Positions 1 through 11,880 of a stretch of 64,000 nucleotides of DNA are shown in pieces. Source of the stretch: Cladosporium halotolerans (lineage: Eukaryota); assembly GCF_011745625.1 (NCBI RefSeq), contig NW_027191493.1:62001-126000 (forward strand), written 5' to 3'. The position numbers were made by a program, and so were the translations under genes. The notes below the pieces were generated by a model that worked only from the letters and a program-made list of their open reading frames with translations, did no database searches and had not been told where the DNA came from. Within the stretch, counting starts at the first letter, position 1; the number at the start of each line of letters is the position of its first letter.

Positions 1-2
1 AT

Positions 3-1187
3 GACAGTGCAGAGGACAAGGCTGAAGAGGAGTCTTCGGTCAAGGTTGATATCCTGGTTTCCACTCCTGGAGTTTTGCACAGCATACTAGCGGACCAGGA
101 AGGCGACACCCACAACGCGCTCCCGGCCGTTCAATCACTTGTGCTAGACGAAGCTGATGTCTTACTGGATCCTCTCTTCCGAGATCAGACCCTTGCCATC
201 TGGAACAAGCTGTCCCATGCAGACTTGAGAGTGAGCTTATGGTCAGCGACTATGGGCAGCAACGTCGAAGATCTTGCTCGATCGACCATCGCTGAGCGCC
301 GAAAACGCCTTGCAGAGAGCGATGTCGAGATTTCTGAGGCTCCACTTGTCCGACTCGTCGTTGGCCTCAAAGACTCCGCTGTACCTAATGTAGAGCATAA
401 GCTTACCTACGCTGCAACCGAGCAAGGTAAGCTCATGGGCTTGAGACAATTGCTACACCCGACGACTACCAACGCCGGAAGCGGTCCGCCTCTCCGTCCG
501 CCTTTCCTCGTCTTCACGCAAACTATAGAGCGTGCCGTTGCGTTGCATTCGGAATTGCTTTACGACATTCCCGCTGAGGCTGGAGGTATCAGCCGCATCG
601 CTGTGCTACACTCGGATCTCTCCGACACTGCGCGCGACAGCGTCATGACTCGATTCCGGAAAGGCGAAGTCTGGGTCCTGATCACCACCGACCTGCTATC
701 TCGAGGTGTTGACTTTCGTGGAGTCAACGGAGTGGTCAATTACGATATCCCTACATCTAGCGCCGCATATGTACATCGCGTCGGAAGGACTGGAAGAGCA
801 GGACGTCAAGGCGGCGTTGCTGTCACTCTGTACAGTAAGGAGGACATTCCTTACATGAAGCACGTGGCAAATGTAGTTTCAATGGCACAGAAACAGCAAG
901 GCTCAGCTGCAGGAGAAGGTGTTCAGCAATGGTTGCTGGATGCTCTCCCTGCACTCACCAAAAACGAGAAACAAAAGTTCAAGAAGCGCGGTGTCGAGGC
1001 GAGGACTGCAAAAGGCATGGCGAATGATCCCCACAGCGCGAGGAAAGCACGCATCAGTACTAAGTCTGGCTATGTGCGGCGCGAAGAGAACAAGCGCAAA
1101 GGTGCTATTGCGGCCAGCAAGCAGAGGTCGAAGGCTCAGCAGAACGACGAGGCTGGGAACGACTCTGATTTTGCAGGATTTGACTGA
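3..1187 (+). CDS. ROK1: DEAD-box RNA helicase Rok1 (DDX52-like); 5' end lies outside the window
   Basis: Frame is open from position 3 (…VDILVSTPG). Helicase motifs [31 protein letters not shown] and [13 protein letters not shown]. The TEQGKL segment and basic tail (ISTKSGY…) are typical of Rok1. Confidence 0.88.
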   Translation, partial: DSAEDKAEEESSVKVDILVSTPGVLHSILADQEGDTHNALPAVQSLVLDEADVLLDPLFRDQTLAIWNKLSHADLRVSLWSATMGSNVEDLARSTIAERRKRLAESDVEISEAPLVRLVVGLKDSAVPNVEHKLTYAATEQGKLMGLRQLLHPTTTNAGSGPPLRPPFLVFTQTIERAVALHSELLYDIPAEAGGISRIAVLHSDLSDTARDSVMTRFRKGEVWVLITTDLLSRGVDFRGVNGVVNYDIPTSSAAYVHRVGRTGRAGRQGGVAVTLYSKEDIPYMKHVANVVSMAQKQQGSAAGEGVQQWLLDALPALTKNEKQKFKKRGVEARTAKGMANDPHSARKARISTKSGYVRREENKRKGAIAASKQRSKAQQNDEAGNDSDFAGFD

Positions 1188-1223
1188 GCTGAGCTTGCAA
1201 GAGTGCTCTCGTGGTCATGATAT

Positions 1224-2117
1224 TTACTGTAGATTTACAAATGCACCGCCGTCTACCAGCATCTGCGATCCGCTCATGTACGAACTCATGTCGCTCGCCA
1301 GGAACACCGCTGGGCCAGCCAGATCATGCGGTTGTCCAAGGCGCCCTAGGGGAATGCGACCCTCCATGTATGTTCGCTTTTTCTCGTCTGCCATGTCCTC
1401 GTCATTGAGCTGTGTTCGGATGGTGCCGGGCAGCAACGCATTGCAGCGTATGCTGTATTGGCCGAGTGCGCAAGCGCAAGACTGCATCAAGGACAACACG
1501 CCGGCTTTGGTGGGTGTGTAATGTGTCTGGCCCGCACCTCCAACAAGAGCTGAGATCGAGGATACGCCGATGATGCTGCCACCTTGAGGCGACTGCTTCG
1601 CCATTTGCTGTGCGGCAGCTTGCACTGCGAAAAATGCGCCGTTGAGGTTTGTGCCGATCGTGAAGTTCACAAGGTCAGGTGAGATACTGGAGATTGATCA
1701 GCCAATGCAAGATCTGCGTGCTGTGAGAATAGCTAGGTGCTCACGTCAAGAAGTCCGCAAACTCGCATACGCCGGCATTGCTTACGAAGATGTCCAAGCG
1801 ACCAAACTTGTCCACCGTCTTTGACACGAGGTCTTTGCCTGCTTCTGGCTTGCGGATGTCTCCGGGGACTCCAACGATCTTGCTACCATGTTCGCCTGCT
1901 TCGGCAACTAGACTTTCAAGTTGCGATGTGGACTTGTTGTCTGGGAAGTAATTGACGCCAATACTTGCGCCTTGACGGACGTATTCGAGCACGATGGCAC
2001 GTCCAATACCTGACAAGACGATCTTAGCTCCTACAGAGTGAAATCGAGCTTTTTTGGTAGCCTACCTGTGACGCCGCCCGTGATCGCCGCGATCTTGCCC
2101 TCCAGCAACCGAGCCAT
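1224..2117 (-). CDS. LRA1: Short-chain dehydrogenase, L-rhamnose 1-dehydrogenase; 3 exons (introns 2065-2010 and 1744-1687)
   Basis: Spliced product MARLLEGKIAAITGGVTGIGRAI…SNAGVC…SSISALVGG…HYTPTKAG…LVDGGAFVNLQ has the TGxxxGIG and YxxxK motifs and an LRA1-type C-terminus. Both introns are GT-AG and phase-compatible. Divergent from the lactonase gene. Confidence 0.88.
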
Positions 2118-2272
2118 CTTGCTTTGTAGAACTTAAAAACGGACAAATGAAGGTTGCGAGATCAACGAACAAAACTAGAAGCTTTTGGGACTCTCTCCGA
2201 CACAGCCCCGTCACAATGCTTCTTGGTGCTGTCGAGCATAACGGACTGCTTGATGTGGGCGTGCTCGGCGTG

Positions 2273-2301
2273 GTGGGGTCGCATCGGGCGAAAGCTTGCC
2301 G
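2273..2301. promoter_or_regulatory. Candidate Zn2Cys6 (RhaR/Gal4-type) site CGG-N11-CCG at 2285-2301, with an adjacent CreA-type SYGGRG site (GTGGGG, 2273-2278)
   Basis: tCGGgcgaaagcttgCCGa lies near the middle of the 388-bp LRA1/LRA2 bidirectional promoter; the GTGGGG hexamer ends 6 bp upstream of it. Confidence 0.55.
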
Positions 2302-2505
2302 AGGGCGCCACTGGCGTTCAAACGCCGACCCTTGACCATGACAGCACCCTGAGGGGCAAGGTGGTCAGCAGCTGTGTGCTGCAGACGCGACTTGACCTGG
2401 GATCGAATGAAGCTGCCACCATACTGTTGCTTAGGAACGAAAGGAGTCGAACCCTCGATCAGTAATATCGACAAGCTCGAACCACAGTAGATGATACCTT
2501 GCACC

Positions 2506-3561
2506 ATGGGCGCGAACACGATCATTGACAGCCACATTCACCTGTGGCCAAAGAGCGCATCGAACGAGGATGGGCACTCTTGGATGACTCCTGGAATGCC
2601 ATTAGCGAGACAGCATATTCTACCTGATTACTACGACGCTTCTCAACAGACCAACAAGAATAGCGAGGCTGTTGCCGAAGGCGTCGTCTACGTGGAAACA
2701 GATCGTCGCTACGGGAAGCCATCTGGGAACTTGGCAGACTGGGCGGCGAATCAACTGGATGAAGTCAAATTTGTGAGCAGCATTGTCAACGGCGAATATG
2801 GCGCACAAGACAGCCGAATGCTTCGTGGCATCGTCCTATGGGCGCCCATGGACCAGCCAGTGGAGACCATGAAGGAATGGCTCGGGCTGGCTGAGCAGGC
2901 GGCTGGACCAGCAGCTTGGAAACGCGTGAAAGGTTTCCGATTTCTCCTCCAAGCGATACATGACGAAAACGAGTTCAAGGCGCTGGTTTTGGGCGGAGAC
3001 TTCGGAGCCAATCTGAAGCTCCTTGGAGAACGAGGCTTCTCATTCGACCTAGGCGTAGACCAGCATTCTGGCGGGCCGTGGCAGCTCGAGCTTGTTTACA
3101 TGGCTATGCAGCAAGCTCACGCCAGGGTGCAAGACGAGCGAAAGGTCGTTTTCATTATCAACCACCTATGCAAGCCCGACTTCAGCGACGCTACGACACC
3201 GAACCACGAGAACACCAACTACTACAGATGGTCTCAGGCAATCGAGAAAATGTCCCACATGTCGAAGACCTATATGAAGCTCTCGGGGGCATTTTCAGAG
3301 CTACCAGAGCGACCTAGCGCGAACACTGATGTTGCTGCTCAGATCCGGCCCTGGGTTGCGCATGCACTGAAGCATTTCGGACCAGGTCGCGTCATGTTTG
3401 GCAGCGATTGGCCGGTCTGCAACGTCAACGGTCCTGCTGACGACAGCCCTTGGGTTGTGTGGACCAAGACTGTGCAGACATTGTTGGATGAACTGATTCG
3501 CCCCGAGGAGCAAGAACATGTGTGGCGAGGCACTGCCATCGAAGCATATCGACTGAAATGA
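2506..3561 (+). CDS. LRA2: Amidohydrolase_2 family L-rhamnono-gamma-lactonase; single exon
   Basis: IIDSHIHLW, VYVETDR, VKGFRFLLQ, IINHLCKP, YMKLSGAFSE and MFGSDWPVCNV motifs; head-to-head with LRA1 as in fungal L-rhamnose clusters. Confidence 0.85.
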   Translation: MGANTIIDSHIHLWPKSASNEDGHSWMTPGMPLARQHILPDYYDASQQTNKNSEAVAEGVVYVETDRRYGKPSGNLADWAANQLDEVKFVSSIVNGEYGAQDSRMLRGIVLWAPMDQPVETMKEWLGLAEQAAGPAAWKRVKGFRFLLQAIHDENEFKALVLGGDFGANLKLLGERGFSFDLGVDQHSGGPWQLELVYMAMQQAHARVQDERKVVFIINHLCKPDFSDATTPNHENTNYYRWSQAIEKMSHMSKTYMKLSGAFSELPERPSANTDVAAQIRPWVAHALKHFGPGRVMFGSDWPVCNVNGPADDSPWVVWTKTVQTLLDELIRPEEQEHVWRGTAIEAYRLK

Positions 3562-4127
3562 TTAATGCTACCACAGAGCTGTACTCAAATTCTTAAGCAC
3601 ATGCAATCCTTTCACACAAGCGCTCGAGCGTCTCAAAAATACGTTGTAGATCCTCATGCCGGAAAGGCTTCTGTCTCCACCATAATAGCCAATTGCAGAG
3701 ACAATACACTTGTCAGACTTCGCATGCAAAGCCATCAGTTGGGCTCCGTCCCGCTGGGTGAAAGGTTTGATGTGAAAAGTAACCTGTCAACGCATCGCAT
3801 ATGAGCAATTGCATCGGTTTCGTATGGAGCACATGAGGTAGTCGCCAGTACTTCGCTACAGCACGCACGCACATAAGCGCGAAAGTCCGATCGCTGCGGT
3901 GAAAAGTGGGGCCAATGTTCCGAAATAGGAAGCAGACGGTGTCTATTCGCCAATCGTCACAGAACTTCCGTACTCGGAGCTGACATCGTTCGCTTTCGTT
4001 CCCAATACCGTATAGATATGTCGGAGATACCACACTCGTGAACCTCCGAAGCTGAGATACAAATACTTGCGCTCGTCTCTCACGTCATTAAGCGAGGAAC
4101 CGCACCGGCCGCCACCACCTTGCAAAG

Positions 4128-5756
4128 ATGGATCAGAACAAATGTCTACTGCTTAAGAATGGAACCGCTCTCATCCATGGGGAGAACGATCGAGTGGAGG
4201 CACGTCGGACAGACATCCTCGTCGCCGGCTCCAAGATTTCTATGGTTGCGCCGAACATAGCTGCTCCGCCTGGCGCCGAAGTCATCAATTGCACGGACAA
4301 GATCATCTCACCTGGTTTTGTTGACACACACCATCATGTATGGCAAACCCTGCTCAAGGGCCGCCATGCAAATCACACGTTGATGGAGTACATGCCGGAA
4401 GGCAATTTTACGTCCAGCTTGCACTCGGCCGAGGATACCTTTTGGGCTCAGCTTACTGGGTGTTTGGAGATGATCGATTGCGGAACGACATCTGTCGTGG
4501 ACTTTGCTCATGTCAACTACTCATCAGAGCATAGTATGTCTTCCGACAGCAAATAGCTGTGACGATTCCAGGCAGACTGACAAAAACAGGCGACCAAGTC
4601 ATAGCCGCCACTGCGTCCTCCGGTATCCGCTCCATCTTCTGCTACTGTCCGACGCCTCTGCTGAAGACATGGAAGCCGTTCGCAGTAGAGATGAACTCCC
4701 TCGGCGGCCACGTCCTTCTCAAATTCGACGAGCTCGCGTCCAAAGCCCCGTGGGCCAACGGCCGCATCACCCTCGGCTTCGCCTTCGACGGCTTCCGCTT
4801 CCTGCCCCATGAAAACCTCCAAGCCCTCATGACCAGGCTTCGCGAGAACAAAGTCCAGCTGATCACATACCACTACAGCCGCGTCCCCGAGCAAGGCTCC
4901 GGGAGCCACACGGCCCAGCTCCGCGATCTCGGCATCCTCGACGACCGCTTCCTCGTCTCGCACGGCGGCAACCCGTCGCAGGAGGACGCGGATATCTACC
5001 GCCAGTTCGGCATGCACGTGTCTAGCACGCCGAGTACGGAGCTGCAGATGGCGATGGGCAGCCCCGTGGCGGCTTTCAGGGACGATCTGGGTGATGCGAT
5101 GCCACAGTGCTGCTCGCTTGGTGTCGACTGCCATAGCAACAATTCCGCTTTTATCCCCGGTGAGGCCAGGATGGGACTGCAGTCTGCTCGTGCGTCGCGT
5201 GGCGAGGTTAGTAGCCGCTGAGCTGACTTGGTCTTTGTTTGAAAGCCATCTGCTAACTCTTTCATCTCCGAAGAAATTCCTCGCCCAAGGCAAATCCCCC
5301 AATTCAGTCCACTATACCGTGGAGGAAGCTTTCAACCTCGCAACCATCCGCGGCGCTCGCGCGGCGAAAATGGCGAACAGAGTCGGCAGCATCGCCGAAG
5401 GCAAGCTCGCGGATCTCGTCATCTTCTCCGGCACATCGCCGGGAATGGTCGGCGCTGCGCAGCATGATCCCGTCGCGGCTGTGATCCTGCACTCGAGCCC
5501 TGCTGACGTTGAGTATGTGGTTGTCGACGGCGTGTTGAGAAAGAGGGCGGGGAAGCTGGTAAATGTAGATGTTGATAAGAAGGCGCAGGGGTTTGTCGGA
5601 CAGCCGAAGTTGGCTTGGGATGATGTGGCGAAAGAGGTGGTGAGCAGGCGGGAGGTGCTGCAGAAGAAGATCGAGAAGATTGATATGCGGGCTGCTGCTG
5701 AGGGGATCAAGGACATGTGGCATTTGGATCGGAGCAAGCTCGTCGACAGCATCTGA
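4128..5756 (+). CDS. Metal-dependent amidohydrolase (MTA/SAH deaminase, chlorohydrolase-like); 3 exons (introns ~4534-4589 and ~5207-5273)
   Basis: PGFVDTHHHVWQ metal motif, SSTPSTELQM, LGVDCHS, EAFNLATIRGA and GSIAEGKLADLV; introns are GT-AG and phase-compatible. Substrate unknown. Confidence 0.85.
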
Positions 5757-6329
5757 GCAGGGTAGACTGAAGCGAAGGATGCATTGAAATTGCAACTAAA
5801 TGAAGGGTTGGCCTCGTCTTCACGTGAACCACTTGAGTGAGGATTAGGCGCGTGTACAGCGAGACAACATCTCCATTGCATTCATCAATTACTTGAAGAA
5901 GTCCAAACGCTGTCTCGCGCAAGCTACGGTCATTCTGCTACCTCGCTCATCCGGAGGCTTGCCCAACTCTTCCCGGTACCCTGACGCAAGCCTCACTTCT
6001 GCCGTTAACCCAACCTCATTCTCTCGTAGTCATCCCGAGCATTTCCAGTCGTGAGAGCATCGCTCGTCATCCAAGCCCATGAAACACCGCCATTTTCTTG
6101 TCGATTTCCAGCCTTTGACGCCTTGCAAAACAAGAAAAGAGGGGGAGGAAGGGAAGCATTAAGACACACAAGAAGAGAAGACAAATCAAGGAAAGAAAAA
6201 ACACCAATGCATGCACAAGCAACGCCGCCAAGAAGGGAAGAGAACCGCCCACCAACAAAAAACGAACAATCTTCGTCAACAAGAACAGAGAAAAGCCGCA
6301 AAATCAAGACCAAAGAGGGAACAGGCAAG

Positions 6330-9300
6330 TCACTTAGTGTGCTGGGTCCTCCCAGACCAGATACCAATGACAATGCACACGATGATGATCGCGTACAAAA
6401 ACGACGCCAGCACGCCGTACGACAGCGCCTCGGCCTTCTTCGCCTCCGACATCGTCTTCACGTAGCCCTTCGTCTTGCGCTCGATCAGGTAGTCGAACTT
6501 CCCCACGTGGTACGCAAAGCACAGCGGCGGGAAGATCATCATGAGGATCAGGTAGCGCTCCGACAGCCGTTCCTGCAGGCGGAGCGTGTACTCGTTGGTG
6601 ACTTCGTCGGGGCTCAGGAGCATGCGGCCACTGGGATTCGGGCGCGCAGGCCTGGCTGTGATGGCGTGTGGGAAGGGCCCGGTGGCGTTGCGGCCGGTGT
6701 AGCGCTGCTCACATGGCCCGTAGTGGCGTGGACGCAGGTCCCAGCGCCGCGAGGCCTCTTGCATCTCAGGGTCGGTGAGCCCTTGGATGTTTGAGGTCGG
6801 GGAACCACTGGTGATTAGGGCACGGAGGCTCGTTTGGCTGCTGATAGCAGGGCGGCGATTGTGGCGAGCGGGAGAGCGAATGCGGAGGCGCGAGCTTGGA
6901 TCGAGCGGTGTAGGTGGACGATATGGACGGCGATTATCCGGAGTGTGGACGGCTGCTGGCTTTGGTGGGGGCAGAGGGCGCTCGCCGTAATCGAGGCCAG
7001 TACGGCTGTTGTTCGCTGAGGGAAATGGAGTCTCGCGGACGGTACGGAAAGTCTGCATCGATTCGCTGAACTCGAGCCGATTACTGGGCTGATCTACGGT
7101 GGCATTCGATGGGGTGACAGCAAGGATATAGCGAAGATCGTCTTGTTCTGAGTGATACGGGGGGATGTAATATGGATCCACGATCGAAGGAGGCGTGATG
7201 ATTTCCGCGCGAGAGAACGTGCGACTGAGGACGCCACGAAGGCGGCCAAGAGGCGTGTATGGTGCAGTCGGCGTGGATGGCATTGGGATATCGGCAGCTA
7301 CTGTCTGTGCGAATAGCTGATCTGCAGCCTGTCTGACGGCTTGTGGGTTGTTCTTGCGGATCTCTTCCAGCTCGATGTCATTGTTGCGAGACGCTTGAAT
7401 GGCACTATCCCGACGCGCACCCGTAGTCCATGGAATTCCGCGGTCCTCGCGTTGCTTGCCTTTCCCCTTTGACGTTTGATGCCCTGCCGCAGGGTCCGGA
7501 ATGATGTTCTGCTCAAGGACCTTCTCTTGATAGATCCTGTGTAGCGCGTTGGTGGCTCTCTCAACGTCATCTGCACGGCGAGGCGGCGTGCGCTCAGTGT
7601 CCCTGCCCACGCTCATGCAATCCATATACACGACCTGCCCGCGGACAGGAGCGTCAGACATAGCGCTCAGGCGGTAGCGCTCGTCATAAGTGCTGGTGTT
7701 TGCGTACGAGTCCTGACTAGCGCGAGCAATACGGTCGCGAAAACTCTGCTCATCCTCGGTTCTGGTCGTCTCCCAATCTGCATCGTCGTCGGCACCATCA
7801 ATTGGGAAGAAGTTGAAAGCCACGTCTCTGGGGAGGGTGTTATCTGGACGATCTCCCCTTGGCCGCTCAGTTGTGTCTGATGCCGTTGAGCCGAGTGGAG
7901 AGTTGGCGCTGTGCATGCTCGCTGAAGCGCTCCGGACAGTTGAGTCCAACGTCATCTCCGTGGTTGTGCGCACGGGTGAAGGTCTCATGAAGGCGCCTTC
8001 ATCCATCATTTGCAGTCTCTGCGGTGAGAGGCCAGGGAAGTCGCACTGCTTCGGGATTTGGAGCAGCTGGTTCGTGTCGCCGTAGGTGCGATCGCTGGTT
8101 GGAAGCTCTGAAGATTTACCCGACAGATCCTCGCTCATGTGCTCCTGCACACCTCTTGGTGACTGATTATTGAAGACACATGGCGAGTGAGTTGACACGG
8201 CACCGCTCTCCAACGCGCGCAGGGTGTCCTCGTGTTCGTATGGGATCTCACGGGTGTAGTTGTAGTGATCCACGATGCCACCGATGGTATTATCTTCGGT
8301 CGTGCTGGGATGAGCCAGAGTCCTGCGAAGAGAAGCATCTCGTAAGTGAGCTCAAAAAACGACGGGGGATGGGAGATCTCGCTGGTACATACGCCGCCTG
8401 AGTAGGCACATCAGAGACCCGAAGGTCGAAAGGATCTGAAGGTGGCCTTGAAGGCACAAGCGACGTTGTAGAGATTTCATTGCTGGCTGGAACAGCTTCG
8501 GTGGGATCTCCCGGCCCCTCGAGACCCATGATGTTACGACGGGCGGTCGCCGGGTCGGTGTAAAGTGCTCTCGGCCTGTTGAATAGACATCAGTACGCCA
8601 TTGCCGTTGACAGTGCCTTCAAGAAACTCACATGGTGTCGGGTGATTCAAGGTAGTCGTCGATGAGTCTGTCCTGCTCTTCGGAAGGTTCGAAATGCGAC
8701 GCGCTCAATAATAGCGACGCGTGAGGGTTAACCAATTCAAACGAAGCGCCTACGAGAACATCAGCTTATAACACGGAGTCGCAATGGGATCTTGCAATCA
8801 CAAACCTCGGTAATGGATTGTCTTCGGATGTTGCAAATCGCCTTAACAAGAGGTAAGCGCAAACCAGCGGGTTCAGAGTCACGTGAGGAAGACGTACCAC
8901 TCAATCCAACGCGGTAGTCGCCGGGCGGGGCTGGAAAATGATATTTCGACAATGAGTAGGTCGAGGTCTCCTCCTCTTGAGCTCTTAGTAGGCCGCCTTC
9001 TCTGCTTGCAGACTCTGAGTGGATTCCGTGGAACCCTTTGAGTCGTCTGTCGCGATTTGTCGCGTGTTTGCGCGCGAGCTTTGTGGACGGTGCGGCAATT
9101 TGCTGCTCGTTTGGAGTGCTGATGGTCGGAGGTTGCGTGGTAATGGGCGTAGGGTTGGCGGCGCGTGTCTGTGCGTGGCACTCTTCACTCCTGCTCCGCT
9201 GACCACCTTTCCTTTCCGCGCTGCCTTGGCAAATGTGCACAACCGCGTGAACCTCCCAGAGGTCCTGGCTGCGATGAGGGAGACGCTTGGCGCGCCTCAA

Positions 9301-9804
9301 ACCGTACGTACCTTGTCCAGTCAAGACGCCAATGGCGTCCGGTTTTGTCGCGGCTGGTGGCGGCTCGCTGCAAGAGCCGGGGAAGTGCTCGGTCTTCGGC
9401 GTGAGTGCCGGAGAAGATTGAAGAGTGCTGCCTGAAGACAGCGACGGCGAGGTGGCGAAACGAGGTGAGGGGGTCGAAGGAGGTAGAGGGAGGATGCAAG
9501 AAAGTGAGGTGTGAGAAGGGTATTGAGGGGCAGAGAGCGTGTCTGCTTCGATTGCAGCGCGTCTCTGGCACTCGTCGCCGACGTAGATCGCGGTCGGTTT
9601 CTTGCGAAGTCGCCTCCGGTGATTGTCGCTTTGTGTGGTTGAAGTCGATGGGTGGAATGTTTGTGATAAGTGAGGTGTGGGAGTGTGTCGTGGATCAGGT
9701 GTGGGTGGGCGATAAAGAGGGGTGGGAAAGCGGGGCGAGCTTTGGGCGCGTGAAGTGAGGTTAGATTCGAGGTCCGCGAGAAGCGGAGTGGCGGGAGTTG
9801 CCAT
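6330..9804 (-). CDS. Large, mostly disordered hypothetical protein with C-terminal hydrophobic (membrane) helices; 5 exons, ~1070 aa
   Basis: ORFs 8761-9804, 8290-8529 and 6330-8273 join through four phase-compatible GT-AG introns, giving …HPKTIHYRGASFELVNPHASLLL… and …QAATLAHPSTTEDNTIGGIVDHY…. It ends in YLILMMIFPPLCFAY…GVLASFLYAIIIVCIVIGIW. Confidence 0.75.
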
Positions 9805-11880
9805 CGTAAACAGCGGAAAGAGCGCGCGAAGGTGTGCTCCGTAATGGTCTTGATTTCGTCACTTGAGGCCGTCCGTGAGTGTATCGCCTTTACAGAACCG
9901 ATTCCACCGGACAACCAAGACTCCCCGATCACCTCGAGCAACAGTCTCGACCTCCTTGACCAAACGAAAAACGTCGATCGGACAGCGTTGTCAATCGACG
10001 ACCAGTCCAATTGGATTTGATTTCAGGAGAAGAGTAACTCGTTTTAAGGGTGGCGACCGGCAGGTGAGCTCCTCGCAGAAGCCTCAATTGGCTAACGTTC
10101 GATTGCTTCCAAGCGCCAAGCTAGGGTCGCCTTTGGCATGAGTCGGTCCAGCGCCTTCAACAGAACCCGCCGTGACGATACTGCTTGCGAAAGAACTATC
10201 CAGCAGAGGTGGTTTGAGCTCCAGCCAACAAAAATGACCTGGCTGAGAAGGTATCAAGACACACAGCCAATACGCTTCAGTCCACACGGCGCGCAAGAGA
10301 CGCAGGACCCGTGCCTTCGAGACCGATCTTCGCGTCGAAAATATGTCTCCGGTCGATCCAAAAAGCAAAGGCCAGTATCCAAGATGGCGTCGTCCAAGGT
10401 CTCCAGCCAATCCGCCGCACGCCTCTCAACGCCGCAAATCTGTGAAGTCTCCAAACAAGGCGGTTCGAGGGCAAGAGCACCAGAGTATCAATCTCCCTGC
10501 TCCAGTATACCGCCTGCCAGCAGTCGGTTTCCAGATCAGCAGTCACGGCTCCTCAGGATGCACTTTCCAGCTTCGGGACGACGTATCTTCAGGACTCAGG
10601 AACTTCCCTCCAAGACAAGGAACAAAAGGGCAGACGCAGAAACAATGTCTCACGACGGCAACAATGACAGCACCTGCAAGATCCAACCCATCCATCCGCT
10701 CCCGAACCGTGCCCACCTACCTAGCTCGAGCCGTGAAGAAAAGCATGGGACCTAACACCTGCCCCAAAGCCAAACAGAAAATGCCTACCGAAAGGCCGTG
10801 CCTACCGTACCGCCGCAGCCACACCCCAGCGCCGCGACCCGGGCCCAAGTGACCGGTCAGCTTCTCGCCCCCGGTCGGCATCAGGCACACCACCACCTCA
10901 CCATCTCTCCGTCCCTACCTACCGACGAGCCCGTCACTCTCACCTCATGCGCAGCGCCGACGACACCGTCAGGTCACAGACACGACAGACGGACGACAGC
11001 CACCCAGCGCTGGCTGACGTCCGCCTCGCGCCCCGCCCCGCGTGCTGCAGCCGGCCAATCAGCCCTCGAAGCCCGGGATTCCGATCCCGCGAAGTCTGGT
11101 ACGAGCGACGCGCCCGCCGGCCAATTGCCACGCGCAGACGGGGCTTTTGCGCTGTAAGGCTGCTGGGCGCCGGCCCTTCGCTGCCTTGTGTATGCGGGTC
11201 ATGGGCACGCGGCCGATGGCGGTGCTGGCCTATCATGGCGCTGAAGAGCGCGCTGGGCGCGGTGGGGTGTTTGAGGCGAATAGTGTGGGAGAGGCTTTGC
11301 GTCTGGGTCTGGTGCTGGCGCTGGGTTATTTGGGGACGCGGCAGGGCGGGCGGGCGCGTGTGGTTTGCAGACGGGTGGTGGGAGCCAGTGCGGCGGGCAG
11401 GGATGGTGTTGTGCATGAGGGGCGGGTTTGGGCGCTTTTACTGGGCGGCAGGCGGGTGGGTGGTATGCGTTTGGTTTCATAGAGTTGGGCGCGAGTGCGT
11501 CTTGGTGTGTAGTTCGAGGGCATCCTACGTGAAGGGGAAGGGGGGATGTGAAGTGAGTGATGGAGGGTCACATTTGACGATGACTACATGGTATGCCTGA
11601 TGCGCTGGAACAGTCACTTTCGCTTGCGCGGCGTGAAGCTCGAATCACCGTTCGGAATGAATCAGGTATTTGATCGCATTTGCATTACTGCTACAAACGA
11701 ACCCCTAAATCCGCGACATGTCGGTCGGATGTATCTCGCAACGAATATAGAAGAATCCAGAGAAAAGTGGGCAGTCTGTGGCCCCAAAGTGGTAGTCCCG
11801 AATACGCCGGCAAACGCCTTGCCAAAAGATTTTATCACGACAAAGGAGATCTGAGATGATGTCTCAAGGAGTGAAGGGAG

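Noticed and set aside
11060..11175. SRP RNA or RNase P/MRP identity for the fold-back region (GCTGTAAGGC, cagacggggctt)
   Set aside because: The matches are partial, and I could not find the SRP helix-8 motif or a proper CR-I/CR-V pair.
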